NCBI GenBank assembly: GCA_030682375.1
Contig: JAUXOL010000016.1
Span: 18,577-82,576 of the forward strand
Length of the DNA: 64,000 nucleotides
Direction of reading: 5' to 3'
DNA from: Gallionella sp.
Lineage (GTDB): Bacteria > Pseudomonadota > Gammaproteobacteria > Burkholderiales > Gallionellaceae
Shown here: positions 20,217 to 29,847 of the stretch, one piece after another
Layout: each line of letters opens with the position of its first letter
How positions within the stretch are numbered: position 1 is the stretch's first letter
Program-made: the position numbers and the translations under genes
Notes under the pieces: generated by a model
The model's database searches: none
Seen by the model: the letters and a program-made list of their open reading frames with translations, nothing else
Told to the model about the DNA's origin: nothing

Positions 20217-21413
20217 TCAGTTCGCTACCTGCGATAACGACATGATGAGCCGCATCAATTTTGCCCGGTTGTTGGTATTGGTCTTCATGTAGACGCTTTG
20301 CAGTTGCGTCTTCACCGTGTGCCGGCTGACACCCAGCCGTTCTGCTGTCTCTTCGAGTGTCAGACTCTCTGCCATCAGTTCCGCCAGGCGTATCTCGGCG
20401 GGCGTCAGGCCATAGGTCTTCCTGAGCAATTCTTCATCCAGCCGAATCGGCTCTGCATTGTCCGTGATGAACGCGATTGCGCGGGGAACATCGGCACCGG
20501 AGCCAAATTCGTTCTCGGCGGCCAGCGACGAAAAATTCATCGTGTATTCCTGCCGCCCGGAAAGACGCGACACCGTCATCGCACGCGAGAAATGGGCGGT
20601 CTCCAGAATGTCCGGTGAAACGGCGCTACGAATCGCTGAAGCCAGTTCGGCCTGGGATTTATTGTCCCCGGCAACAACTTCACCATGGGAAGAATCACCG
20701 AAGCGGTGGCGCAACTGCAGGCCATCGCCCTCCTCCAGAATACGATGGGCCGCGCGGTTGGCGAAAGTAACCAGTCCGCGCACATCGAACAGCAATACGC
20801 CGATACTCAACAGGTCTAGCGCAGCCAGACTGGAGGCGATCCTGAGTTCCATGTCGCGCAGACGGAGCATCACGCCGAGAGAACGGGAGATATGCGGAAT
20901 CAGCAAACGCAGGCGTTCCCGCTCGAACGAGGTGAAGCCGGGATCATTCACGCCTCTGGACCATGCACAGGCCACCCATGGCATGTTATTCGTCGACTCC
21001 ATGCCGAATACGACGCTGGTCAGCAGATGAGCGACATCGAACGGAGCAAACAGGTTCTGATAGATATCGGTGCGGCGTAATTCCTCGAAGGGGATCAGAT
21101 CCTCGTCGCCGATCACTACACTTCCTTCAAAGATCAGTCCGCGCTCGATAGCGCGGTTCGTCCAGATATCCTGGCCGATGTATTTCGTCGCCAGCAGCTG
21201 GAAGAAATGCTCCGGCGTATTGTGCAAAAAACAGAAGCCCCCATCGTCTGGGGTATGTTGCGGAGTGATGAGCATTCCCCTGGGTGCCTCGACCCAGTCC
21301 GCGATGGCCGGAAGGACATTGTTCCAGTGATCGGGGTCGGTCGCGCCCTGATAGATGGAGTCGATCAGTTCGCTCAGGCGGGCGAGCTCGGCGTTTGATG
21401 CGGCATTCTGCAC
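20217..21413 (-). CDS. LuxR-type HTH regulator with GAF/PAS-like N-terminus, no receiver domain
   Basis: C-terminal YGLTPAEIRLA...GVSRHTVKTQL; probable GTG start 7 nt after AGGAGA (ORF track uses TTG at 21455). Confidence 0.85.
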   Translation of the reverse strand: MQNAASNAELARLSELIDSIYQGATDPDHWNNVLPAIADWVEAPRGMLITPQHTPDDGGFCFLHNTPEHFFQLLATKYIGQDIWTNRAIERGLIFEGSVVIGDEDLIPFEELRRTDIYQNLFAPFDVAHLLTSVVFGMESTNNMPWVACAWSRGVNDPGFTSFERERLRLLIPHISRSLGVMLRLRDMELRIASSLAALDLLSIGVLLFDVRGLVTFANRAAHRILEEGDGLQLRHRFGDSSHGEVVAGDNKSQAELASAIRSAVSPDILETAHFSRAMTVSRLSGRQEYTMNFSSLAAENEFGSGADVPRAIAFITDNAEPIRLDEELLRKTYGLTPAEIRLAELMAESLTLEETAERLGVSRHTVKTQLQSVYMKTNTNNRAKLMRLIMSLSQVAN

Positions 21414-21494
21414 GTCAACTTCTCCTGACGAAATGAGGCCGTGATTGGCGTGCAAAAGTCTAATCGAGCATATGGCATGTGTCCATGAGTCCGC

Positions 21495-21510
21495 TCACCC
21501 GTTTTCCTGA
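21495..21510. promoter_or_regulatory. Putative operator TCACCCG-N6-TGA, copy 1
   Basis: Same 16-bp pattern as 22406-22421; lies upstream of the LuxR gene. Confidence 0.4.
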
Positions 21511-21521
21511 GAACGAGTGGA

Positions 21522-22346
21522 TCAGTCCGAGGGCAAAGTCATTTCCATCATGAAAATCGAGCCGACCCCGAGCTCGGAGCGGACATCCAGCCGCACTCCC
21601 AGCAGCGAGGCGATGCGGCGTACATTTGCCAACCCCAACCCCAGGTGGCAGCCGGATCGGATGCCATCAACCCGATAGAAATCATCGAAAATATGAGGAA
21701 TGTCCTCGACCGCGATTCCTATTCCTGTATCGACGATCTCGATGCTCAGCTTTCCCGGCAGTTGATGACAGCGCACAGTAATTTGTCCGCTTCGAGTATA
21801 GGTGACAGCGTTGGACACCAGGTTACTTATCGCGCGATAAAGCAGAACCTTGTCGCTGCGAACCAAAGCGGAACAGCGTTCGATCTCAAAACGCAGCCCC
21901 TTGCCCTGGACCTGCGGTTCGAAATCGTTTTCCACCTGGATCAGCACTTCACCAATAGAGAATTGAGTGATATCAGCTCGATATGCCGAGGCGTCTAGTT
22001 GCAGCATCATGAGCATCTGGTCGACCATGTCGTGCAGGATCCCGACCGATTGGCTAATTTTGTGCGATAGCACATGCTGAGGCGGGGTCGCAACTATCGA
22101 TTTCAGGCTTTCTGAAAAAAGCGACAAAGCCTGGAGAGGCTGCCGCATATCGTGGCATGCGGCAGCGATTAGCCTCGCCCTGTTCAGATATTCGACCTCA
22201 CTTACCCCGCCGGAATGGGGCATCGTGCCGCCACTTCCGGAATTCGCCTTTCTGCGCAGCAACGCGCGCAAACGCCCGAAGTGAAAACGAGTCGGAACGG
22301 AAATCACCTTTCCCTCGGTCGGGTTGGGCAAGGCGGCTGATGGCAT
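21522..22346 (-). CDS. Sensor-less histidine kinase (HisKA + HATPase_c)
   Basis: H box HDMRQPL, N box NLVSNA, DTGIGI, GLGLA; SD AAGGAG; about 55-aa N-terminus with no TM. Confidence 0.85.
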   Translation of the reverse strand: MPSAALPNPTEGKVISVPTRFHFGRLRALLRRKANSGSGGTMPHSGGVSEVEYLNRARLIAAACHDMRQPLQALSLFSESLKSIVATPPQHVLSHKISQSVGILHDMVDQMLMMLQLDASAYRADITQFSIGEVLIQVENDFEPQVQGKGLRFEIERCSALVRSDKVLLYRAISNLVSNAVTYTRSGQITVRCHQLPGKLSIEIVDTGIGIAVEDIPHIFDDFYRVDGIRSGCHLGLGLANVRRIASLLGVRLDVRSELGVGSIFMMEMTLPSD

Positions 22347-22405
22347 GGTCTATCTCCTTTCGGTAGCTGTGGAAGTCAGGCTACGAGTTTCCGGAAACGC
22401 CCGCA

Positions 22406-22421
22406 TCACCCGAACGGATGA
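22406..22421. promoter_or_regulatory. Putative operator TCACCCG-N6-TGA, copy 2
   Basis: TCACCCGAACGGATGA is near-palindromic; upstream of the kinase gene. Confidence 0.4.
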
Positions 22422-22581
22422 TTTTTGATGGCTGTCGGATATCGGCGAGACAGATTCGCCGCGAGGAAACGCAGATACTGCGCCACATTCAGGAATAACA
22501 ATCAGCAGCTATCGGCTTCAGGCCCGAATCTGCCGGTCAATATTAACCGCTAAGCTTCCGTGCCGTTCGACTGACGGCAAA

Positions 22582-22618
22582 TAAAAAAACGGCATCCGTC
22601 TCGCGAAGGATGCCGTTT
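22582..22618 (-). terminator. Intrinsic terminator of the ccm operon
   Basis: AAACGGCATCC...GGATGCCGTTT stem with T-tract on the minus strand. Confidence 0.75.
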
Positions 22619-22637
22619 CGATCTCTACCTTTGAGTC

Positions 22638-23900
22638 TTACTTCACGACCCGATCGATCACCAAGCTCAGGTTCTTGCTACCCGGCTTGACCGCCTGCAC
22701 GCTGCCTTCCAGGTCGCCGGGCTGAGCCATCGGGCTGCCGGACTTGGACACGCGGGCGATGACGACGACTTCGTCGAAGCCGGACAGTTTCAGTTCTGGC
22801 TGCATCGCCAGGCTGTCGTCCAGCGTGAATTCCAGCGGCAGATCCTTCACCTGTTTGCGCAACACGGCGAGCGGCATCTTCGGGCCGGACGCGGCGCGTG
22901 CGAGGATGAAAACGGTGTCGGTCGGCGACGCCATTCCGGCCATGCCCGCCGCGAACGATGCGCGGCCGGTGATCGCCTGCGCCGGATCGGCAGCCGGTTG
23001 CGCGGGAGCAGCACCCTTCATCTTTTCGAGCTGCGCCAGCTTCTGCTTGCCGCCCTTCTGCATGGACAGGAACTGCTTGGCTTGTTTTATGCCCTCATGG
23101 ATCATCTGAATATCGGGATAGTCCGGCGGCAGCAGTTCGACCAGTTTCTGCCAATGCAGGGCTGCGATGTAGTAGTCGCCGCGCTCCATCGCCGCCGAGC
23201 CGGACAATGCCAGCGCGGAGGTGTTGTCCGGATCGAGTTCCAGCGCCTTGTTAAGGTACTTGGTCGGCTCGCCCAGCAGGGACTGGTTGTTGTTCATCGC
23301 GGCCGCATCGGCGTAGTTGGTCCACAGCTGAGACTCGTTCGGCACCAGCTTGACCAGGTTACCGTAGGCGCGCACCGCATCGGCATAGCGCCCCATCTCG
23401 ACGTAAGAACGCGCCAGCATCACCCAGCCGTCCGGATTCTCCGGCAGACGCTCCATCTTCTTTTCCAGTTCCTGCAATGCCGCCTCGGAACGGATCACGC
23501 CGAAGCCGTCAGCAACGGCCAGTTCCTCCTGCGGCTGCAGCGCCTTGGTGTTGCCGACGACGAAGTAAAGCGACACGACGAACAGCGGCAGCAGCAAGGC
23601 CAGCGCGATCGCCAATTTACGCGCCGGGTTGTGCGCGAGCTTCTCGCCCTGCCCGGTGGTCTGGACTTCTTCCAGCAGGCGCGCCTGCAGTTCGAGTTTT
23701 CCCTGCTCGTAAGCTTCCTGCGTCAGCAAGCCGTTATGCAGGTCCTTATCCATTTCGGCGGCCTGGTCGCGCAGGATCTCGAGGTTGGCGGCATCGCGCA
23801 GCACGTCGTTGTTGTTGGAGGTCGCGCGCCACAGCGGCAACACCACGAATAGCAGTGCGATCACCAGCAGCACTGCGCAGACTATCCAGAATATGGTCAT
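22638..23900 (-). CDS. ccmI: Cytochrome c biogenesis protein CcmI (TPR)
   Basis: N-terminal TM, TPR region (PENPDGWVMLARSY), C-terminal LPLEFTLDDSLAM; last gene of ccm operon. Confidence 0.9.
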   Translation of the reverse strand: MTIFWIVCAVLLVIALLFVVLPLWRATSNNNDVLRDAANLEILRDQAAEMDKDLHNGLLTQEAYEQGKLELQARLLEEVQTTGQGEKLAHNPARKLAIALALLLPLFVVSLYFVVGNTKALQPQEELAVADGFGVIRSEAALQELEKKMERLPENPDGWVMLARSYVEMGRYADAVRAYGNLVKLVPNESQLWTNYADAAAMNNNQSLLGEPTKYLNKALELDPDNTSALALSGSAAMERGDYYIAALHWQKLVELLPPDYPDIQMIHEGIKQAKQFLSMQKGGKQKLAQLEKMKGAAPAQPAADPAQAITGRASFAAGMAGMASPTDTVFILARAASGPKMPLAVLRKQVKDLPLEFTLDDSLAMQPELKLSGFDEVVVIARVSKSGSPMAQPGDLEGSVQAVKPGSKNLSLVIDRVVK

Positions 23901-24388
23901 GCTTGCGGGTCTTTCTTCATCAGTTCTTCAGGCTTTTCCGATTGCTCCAGCAGTTCAGCCGCACGGTGTGCGTCTGCGTCGGAGAGTTGCGGTTCTGCGA
24001 TCTGGCTCCTGCGTTTGCGCAACTGGAAGACCAGCACGCCCGCGCCGATCAGCAGCAGCGCGAACGGGCCGTACCACAGCACCAGCGTGGAGGCCTTCAC
24101 CGGCGGGTCGTACAACACGAAGTCGCCGTAGCGCGAAACCAGATAGTCGATGATTTCCTGGTCCGTCATGCCCTTCTGCATCTGCTCGCGCACTTCGCGG
24201 CGCAAGTCCTCGGCAAGTTCGGCATGCGAGCTGGCCAGCGATTCGTTCTGGCAGACCAGGCAGCGCAGCTTCTCGGCAAGACCTATCATGCGCTGTTCCA
24301 GCACCGGGTCTGCGGCCATATCCTTGGCTTCGCCGGCATAGGAGAACGCCGGCAACAGGGTAAACAACAGTATCAGGAGATATTTCAT
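23897..24388 (-). CDS. ccmH: Cytochrome c biogenesis protein CcmH
   Basis: LRCLVCQNES, RYGDFVLYDPP. Confidence 0.95.
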   Translation of the reverse strand: MKYLLILLFTLLPAFSYAGEAKDMAADPVLEQRMIGLAEKLRCLVCQNESLASSHAELAEDLRREVREQMQKGMTDQEIIDYLVSRYGDFVLYDPPVKASTLVLWYGPFALLLIGAGVLVFQLRKRRSQIAEPQLSDADAHRAAELLEQSEKPEELMKKDPQA

Positions 24389-24912
24389 TTCGCTTGCAGC
24401 TCCGCTACCAAGGGAAGGATCTTTTCGGTCAGACTCTGTGGCGTCACCGGCCCGATCTGCTTGTACTGGATCACGCCCTGCTTGTCGATCACATAGGTCT
24501 CGGGTACGCCGTACACGCCGTAGTCGATGCCGATGCGGCCCTCGGTGTCAGCCACGCTGAGCACATACGGGTCGCCGCCCTTTTTCAGCCACAGTTCGGC
24601 ATCCGCCTGCTTGTCCTTGTAATCCAGGCCGTAGATCGGCACGATGTTCCGGCGCGACAGCTCCATCAGCACCGGATGCTCTTCCTTGCAGGACACGCAC
24701 CAGGACGCCCACACGTTCAGCAACCACACCTGGCCCTTCATGTCCGACGGCGAGAACTGCTTGGTCGACTCGTGCAGCTGCGGCAGCGTGAACGCGGGCG
24801 CGGGCTTGCCGACCAGCGGCGACGGCACTTCGCGCGGATTCAGGTTCAGGCCGATCGCAAGGAACACGGCGAGCACCACGAACACGACGAACGGCAATAT
24901 GAAACGCATCAT
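24385..24912 (-). CDS. ccmG: Thiol:disulfide oxidoreductase CcmG/DsbE
   Basis: NVWASWCVSC, YGVYGVPETY. Confidence 0.95.
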   Translation of the reverse strand: MMRFILPFVVFVVLAVFLAIGLNLNPREVPSPLVGKPAPAFTLPQLHESTKQFSPSDMKGQVWLLNVWASWCVSCKEEHPVLMELSRRNIVPIYGLDYKDKQADAELWLKKGGDPYVLSVADTEGRIGIDYGVYGVPETYVIDKQGVIQYKQIGPVTPQSLTEKILPLVAELQAK

Positions 24913-26882
24913 GCTGTCTTCTCCTCCAGTGGCGCCGCCGCCTTACGCTTGTTGTGGATACGATAGCGACGGTCGCTGATCGCCAGCACGCCGCCCAGCG
25001 ACATCAGCAAGCAGCCTGCCCAGATCCAGTCCACGAACGGCTTGATATAGACCCGAACGGCCCAGGCGCCGTTGCTGTCCGGGATGGGTTCGCCCAGCGA
25101 CACGTACAGGTCGCCTAGCACACCGGCGTCGATCGCCGCCTCGGTCATCGGCATGCCGGACACGTTGTACTGGCGCTTCTCCGGATACAGTTCGGTGACC
25201 ACCTTGCCGTCCTTGCTGATCGTCACATGACCGCGCCCGGCCACATAGTTCGGCCCCTGCTCCTCGGTCACGCCGTTGAAGCGGAACTCGTAGCCGCCGG
25301 TGTTCAATACGTCGCCGACATCCATGCGCACATCGCGCTCAGTCTCGTAGCCCTTCACCATCGTCACGCCGATGATGAACACCGCGACACCGAGGTGGGC
25401 GAGCTGCATGCCGTAATAGCTCAGCGACTGGCCGTGCAAACGTTGCATGAAATCGTCGCGACCGGCCAGGCGCTCGTACAGGCTCAGGCTCACCGAAGTG
25501 ATGATCCAGAACGCCAGCAGCAGCCCCAGCGAGACCATCACGTTCCACTCGCCCATCGTCAGCGGCAGCAGCAGCGCGATCACCAGTGCGGCGCCGAACG
25601 CCCAGCGCACGCGCTTGGCCAGCTCTGGCGCATCGACTTTTTTCCAGCGCGCCAGCGGCCCTAGGCCCATCATCAATATCATGGGAATCATCAGCGGCAC
25701 GAACACCGCCTCGAAATACGGCGGGCCGACAGAGAGCTTGCCCTGACCGAGCGCATCCATGAACAGCGGATACAGCGTGCCGATGAACACCGATGCAGCG
25801 GCCACCGACAACAGCACGTTGTTGGACAGTAGCAGCGATTCACGCGACAGCGGATCGAACTTGCCGCCCAGACCGATCTTGGGTGCGCGCCATGCGAACA
25901 GCAGCAACGACACGCCGATCACGATCACCAGGAAGGTCAGGATGAAGATGCCGCGCTTGGGATCTGAGGCGAACGAGTGCACCGAGGTCAGCACGCCGGA
26001 GCGAACCAGGAAGGTGCCCAGCAGCGACAGCGAGAACGCGGTGATCGCGAGCAGCACGGTCCAGCTCTTGAACGCGTTACGCTTCTCGGTGACCGCGAGC
26101 GAGTGCATCAGCGCGGTGCCGATCAGCCAAGGCATGAAGGATGCGTTCTCGACCGGGTCCCAGAACCACCAGCCGCCCCAGCCCAATTCGTAATACGCCC
26201 ACCAGCTACCGAGCGCGATGCCCAGCGTCATGAATACCCAAGCCACGGTCGTCCACGGACGCGACCAGCGCGCCCAGGTGGCATCCAGTCGGCCGCCCAG
26301 CAGTGCGGCGATGGCGAACGCGAACGCGACCGAGAAACCGACATAGCCCATGTACAGCATAGGCGGATGTATCACCAGACCGGGGTCTTGCAGCAGCGGA
26401 TTCAGGTCGCGCCCGTCGGCGGCGGCAGGCAGCAGGCGGTCGAACGGGTTCGACGTCAACAGCATGAACAGCAGGAAACCGACCGCGATCAAGCCCATTA
26501 CCCCGAGCACGCGCGCGACCATCTCTTCCGGCAGGTGCTTGCTGTACAAGGCGACGGCCAGCGTCCACACGGACAACAAGAATGCCCACAGCAGCAGCGA
26601 ACCTTCGTGGCCGCCCCAGACTGCAGAGATGCGGTAGATCGTCGGCAGCTGCGTATTGGAATGCTGCGCAACATACAGCACCGAGAAGTCGTTGGCGACG
26701 AAGGCGTAGGTCAGGCAGAGCAACGCGACACCGAGGAACACGAACTGCCCGGCGGCCAGCGGACGCGCGACGCCCATCAGAACCGCGTTGTTGCGCGCCG
26801 CGCCGACGATGGGCAGCACGCCCAGCGTGATCGCCAGAAACAGCCCGACGATCAACGCAAAATTGCCTATCTCTGGAATCAT
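24909..26882 (-). CDS. ccmF: Heme lyase CcmF
   Basis: WGGWWFWDPVENASFMPW, LVRSGVLTSVHSFA. Confidence 0.97.
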   Translation of the reverse strand: MIPEIGNFALIVGLFLAITLGVLPIVGAARNNAVLMGVARPLAAGQFVFLGVALLCLTYAFVANDFSVLYVAQHSNTQLPTIYRISAVWGGHEGSLLLWAFLLSVWTLAVALYSKHLPEEMVARVLGVMGLIAVGFLLFMLLTSNPFDRLLPAAADGRDLNPLLQDPGLVIHPPMLYMGYVGFSVAFAFAIAALLGGRLDATWARWSRPWTTVAWVFMTLGIALGSWWAYYELGWGGWWFWDPVENASFMPWLIGTALMHSLAVTEKRNAFKSWTVLLAITAFSLSLLGTFLVRSGVLTSVHSFASDPKRGIFILTFLVIVIGVSLLLFAWRAPKIGLGGKFDPLSRESLLLSNNVLLSVAAASVFIGTLYPLFMDALGQGKLSVGPPYFEAVFVPLMIPMILMMGLGPLARWKKVDAPELAKRVRWAFGAALVIALLLPLTMGEWNVMVSLGLLLAFWIITSVSLSLYERLAGRDDFMQRLHGQSLSYYGMQLAHLGVAVFIIGVTMVKGYETERDVRMDVGDVLNTGGYEFRFNGVTEEQGPNYVAGRGHVTISKDGKVVTELYPEKRQYNVSGMPMTEAAIDAGVLGDLYVSLGEPIPDSNGAWAVRVYIKPFVDWIWAGCLLMSLGGVLAISDRRYRIHNKRKAAAPLEEKTA

Positions 26883-26899
26883 CTCGAAACTTTCAGGAA

Positions 26900-27391
26900 T
26901 TATTTGACGGCGGATGCGGCTGCAGGCGCACTGGCGGCGCCAACTGCACTCGCGGCGGCGGCGTTGGCGACCCCTGCCTTCATCAAGGCATCGGCAGCCT
27001 CGGGCGGCATGTAGTTCTCGTCGTGCTTGGCCAGCACCTCGTCGGCTTTCATCACGCCGTCCGGTCCGACCGAGCCTTGCGCGACCACGCCCTTACCTTC
27101 CTTGAACAGGTCCGGAAGGATGCCCTTGTACACCACCGGGATGCGCTTGTGCGTATCGGTGATCGCGAAGTTGACCGTCAAGCCGTCTGCCTCACGCTTG
27201 ACGCTGCCCTCCTCGACCAGACCGCCGATACGGAAGCTGCGGCCATGGGGCGCTTCGTCGTTGAACACCTGCGTCGGCGTGAAATACAGGCTGACATTCT
27301 CATCCAGCGCATTCAGCACCAGCGCGACTGCCAGGCCCACGGCGGCGACGCCCACGGCGATGAATACGAATCTCTTCTGACGTGCTTTCAT
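26900..27391 (-). CDS. ccmE: Heme chaperone CcmE
   Basis: [20 protein letters not shown]. Confidence 0.96.
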   Translation of the reverse strand: MKARQKRFVFIAVGVAAVGLAVALVLNALDENVSLYFTPTQVFNDEAPHGRSFRIGGLVEEGSVKREADGLTVNFAITDTHKRIPVVYKGILPDLFKEGKGVVAQGSVGPDGVMKADEVLAKHDENYMPPEAADALMKAGVANAAAASAVGAASAPAAASAVK

Positions 27392-27562
27392 TTATTCCTC
27401 GTCTCCTGCATCGCGCATCAGGCGTACCTGCTGCAAAGTGATTTTACGTTTGTGCCTGACCATCGCGATCTCGACCGCGAAAATCAGAAAAGCTACCGCG
27501 TAAGAACCCAGCACCACATAGGTGATCGGGTTCTCGCGCATCCAGATATCCAGACCATTCAT
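27392..27562 (-). CDS. ccmD: Heme exporter protein CcmD
   Basis: 56-aa single-TM ORF (MNGLDIW...YVVLGSYAV) between ccmC and ccmE; TGATG overlap with the ccmC stop. Confidence 0.85.
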   Translation of the reverse strand: MNGLDIWMRENPITYVVLGSYAVAFLIFAVEIAMVRHKRKITLQQVRLMRDAGDEE

Positions 27563-28299
27563 CAGTTTTTTACCTCCGGCAATTCGGTTATCCATTTGGT
27601 GTGGCGCTCGCGCTCCAGGATGATGCTGCGCACGCGTGCGAGTATCACGGCGATGGCATACAGCCAGCAGGCCACCAGTGTGATGAACATCGCCTGCTGC
27701 ATCGCGACATGCATGCTGGTGCCGCTGAACTTGATGGTCGAACCCTGGTGCAGGGTGTTCCACCACTGCACCGAGAAATAGATGATGGGCACGTTCACCG
27801 AACCGACGATGGCCAGCAAGGCGCTGGCGCGGTCAGCACGGCGCGGATCGTCGATGGACGCGTGCAGCGCGATGTAGCCCAGATACAGGAACAACAGGAT
27901 CAGTTCAGATGTCAGGCGCGCGTCCCACACCCACCATGCGCCCCACATCGGCTTGCCCCACAGCGCGCCGGTCCACAGCGAGATGAAAGCGAACAGCGCG
28001 CCGGTCGGCGCAATCGCGGTCGCCATCATCGACGACAGCCGCGTGTTGAAGATCAGGCCCATCGCCGCATACCCGGCCATGATCAGATACAGGAACATCG
28101 AAATGATCGAGGACGGCACGTGGATGAAGATGATGCGGTAGAACTCGCCCTGCTGGTAATCGGTCGGCGCGACGAAGAAGCCGATATACAGGCCAACAGC
28201 GAACAAGATCGCGGCGGAGATGCCGAACCACGGGATCAGCTTCCCGGCGAGGCCGTAGAACGTGGTGGGTGCGGAATACTTGAACCAGTTAATCGCCAA
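27562..28299 (-). CDS. ccmC: Heme exporter CcmC
   Basis: WGKPMWGAWWVWDARLT. Confidence 0.97.
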   Translation of the reverse strand: MAINWFKYSAPTTFYGLAGKLIPWFGISAAILFAVGLYIGFFVAPTDYQQGEFYRIIFIHVPSSIISMFLYLIMAGYAAMGLIFNTRLSSMMATAIAPTGALFAFISLWTGALWGKPMWGAWWVWDARLTSELILLFLYLGYIALHASIDDPRRADRASALLAIVGSVNVPIIYFSVQWWNTLHQGSTIKFSGTSMHVAMQQAMFITLVACWLYAIAVILARVRSIILERERHTKWITELPEVKN

Positions 28300-28303
28300 C
28301 TTA

Positions 28304-28987
28304 TCACTCCATCGAAATTCGCAATGCCTGCGCGGTCACCCAGGGGGTGAACGCCAAAGCCAACACCAGCAACGCACCCAGCAACGACAGGTGCGATGCC
28401 ACACTCAATCCGGTCGACACAGCTTCGACCGCGCCGGTGCCGAAGATCAGCACCGGTATGCACAGCGGCAGCACCAGCAACGACAGCAACACTCCGCCGC
28501 CGCGCAGTCCCAGCGTAAGCGCCGCGCCAATGCCGCCTATCATGCTCAGGATCGGCGTCCCCAACAGCAGGCCGACGATCAATATGCCCAGCGCTTCCGC
28601 CGACATATCGAACTGTATCCCCAGCACCGGTGCCATCAGCACCAGTGGCAGACCGGACACCATCCAGTGCGCGGCCATCTTGCCCAGCACCAGCATCGAA
28701 AGCGACTGCGGCGCCAGCATCATCTGTTCCAGCGTGCCGTCGAGATGGTCTGCCGAGAACAAACGTCCCAGCGACAGCATCGAGGACAGCAAGGCCGCAA
28801 CCCACAACACCCCCGGCGCCATCTTGCGCAGCATATCCATCTCGGGCCCCACACCCAGCGGGAACAGGCTCACCACCATCACGAAGAAGATCAGCGTGGT
28901 CAAAACGTCGGCGCGGCGGCGCATCGCCAGCATCAAGTCGCGCCGTATCACCAGCATAAACAAACCGGACATCGTTTCCTTCTTCAC
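28304..28987 (-). CDS. ccmB: Heme exporter permease CcmB
   Basis: FSADHLDGTLEQM, LLVLPLCIPVLIFG. Confidence 0.95.
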   Translation of the reverse strand: MKKETMSGLFMLVIRRDLMLAMRRRADVLTTLIFFVMVVSLFPLGVGPEMDMLRKMAPGVLWVAALLSSMLSLGRLFSADHLDGTLEQMMLAPQSLSMLVLGKMAAHWMVSGLPLVLMAPVLGIQFDMSAEALGILIVGLLLGTPILSMIGGIGAALTLGLRGGGVLLSLLVLPLCIPVLIFGTGAVEAVSTGLSVASHLSLLGALLVLALAFTPWVTAQALRISME

Positions 28988-29631
28988 GCCATCCTCCCGC
29001 CCGCTCCCGATCCAGCACGGGTCAGCGTCAGCGTGCGCATCTCCATCCCCGAGACCAGCAGCGGCTGGTGCGTGGTGAAGATCACCATCCCCTGCCGCGC
29101 CAGATGCTCGGCGATCAACTCTTGTATCAGCGCCACGGCTCCGACATCGAGTGCCGCCAATGGTTCATCCAGCACCCACAACTTTGCATCGCTGACCAGC
29201 AATCTCGCCAGCGCGACGCGGCGGCGCTGCCCCTGCGACAGCACCTTGGTCGGCAGCAGCTCGCGGCCTTTCAGCCCCATGCGGCGCAACGCAGCGATCG
29301 CTTCCTTCTCGTCAAGCTCGACGCCGGAAAGTCCTGCCGAGATACGCAGATTCTCCAGCCCGCTCAGTTCGTCCTTGATCGCGTTCAAATGGCCGAGATA
29401 CAGCATGTCGGCGTAATACTCTTCTTCCAGCTCGCGGATATCGCCCCCGTTCCAGAGGATGTCGCCCTCATCCGGCATCAGAAAGCCGCACAAGGTGCGC
29501 AGCAAGCTGGTCTTGCCGCTGCCGTTCTCGCCCTGCACCTGCATGATCTGTCCCGGATGCAGCTCGAAGCTCAACCCGGAGAACAGACGATGGTCACCGC
29601 GACTGCAGGCAAGATTGCTGACTTCCAGCAT
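28984..29631 (-). CDS. ccmA: Heme ABC exporter ATPase CcmA
   Basis: GENGSGKTSLLR, LSQGQRRRVALARL; first gene of ccm operon. Confidence 0.95.
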   Translation of the reverse strand: MLEVSNLACSRGDHRLFSGLSFELHPGQIMQVQGENGSGKTSLLRTLCGFLMPDEGDILWNGGDIRELEEEYYADMLYLGHLNAIKDELSGLENLRISAGLSGVELDEKEAIAALRRMGLKGRELLPTKVLSQGQRRRVALARLLVSDAKLWVLDEPLAALDVGAVALIQELIAEHLARQGMVIFTTHQPLLVSGMEMRTLTLTRAGSGAGGRMA

Positions 29632-29847
29632 GAGGAGAAGATCCGGAATTTGAACAGCGCGGGATTATATACGATGGTTCTTCCAAAAACCTACCGAACC
29701 GCTCGATTACCCTGTCACTGCAGGGCTTTTCAATGGGACAGGCAACGTTCTTGCGGGTACGACATGAACGCGCGGGTTTGGATAAACGGCAATTCAGGCT
29801 ATCATTGCACAGTGATTCAATCGTCAGATAAACGGAAGGCAGATTCT

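Noticed and set aside
22561-22579. Second hairpin TGCCGT/ACGGCA beside the ccm terminator
   Set aside because: A short stem most simply explained as part of the terminator region.
29739-29755. Possible sigma54 promoter (GG-N10-GC) upstream of the FabMG-like gene
   Set aside because: CAGGCAAC departs from TGGCAC at key positions; too weak without data.
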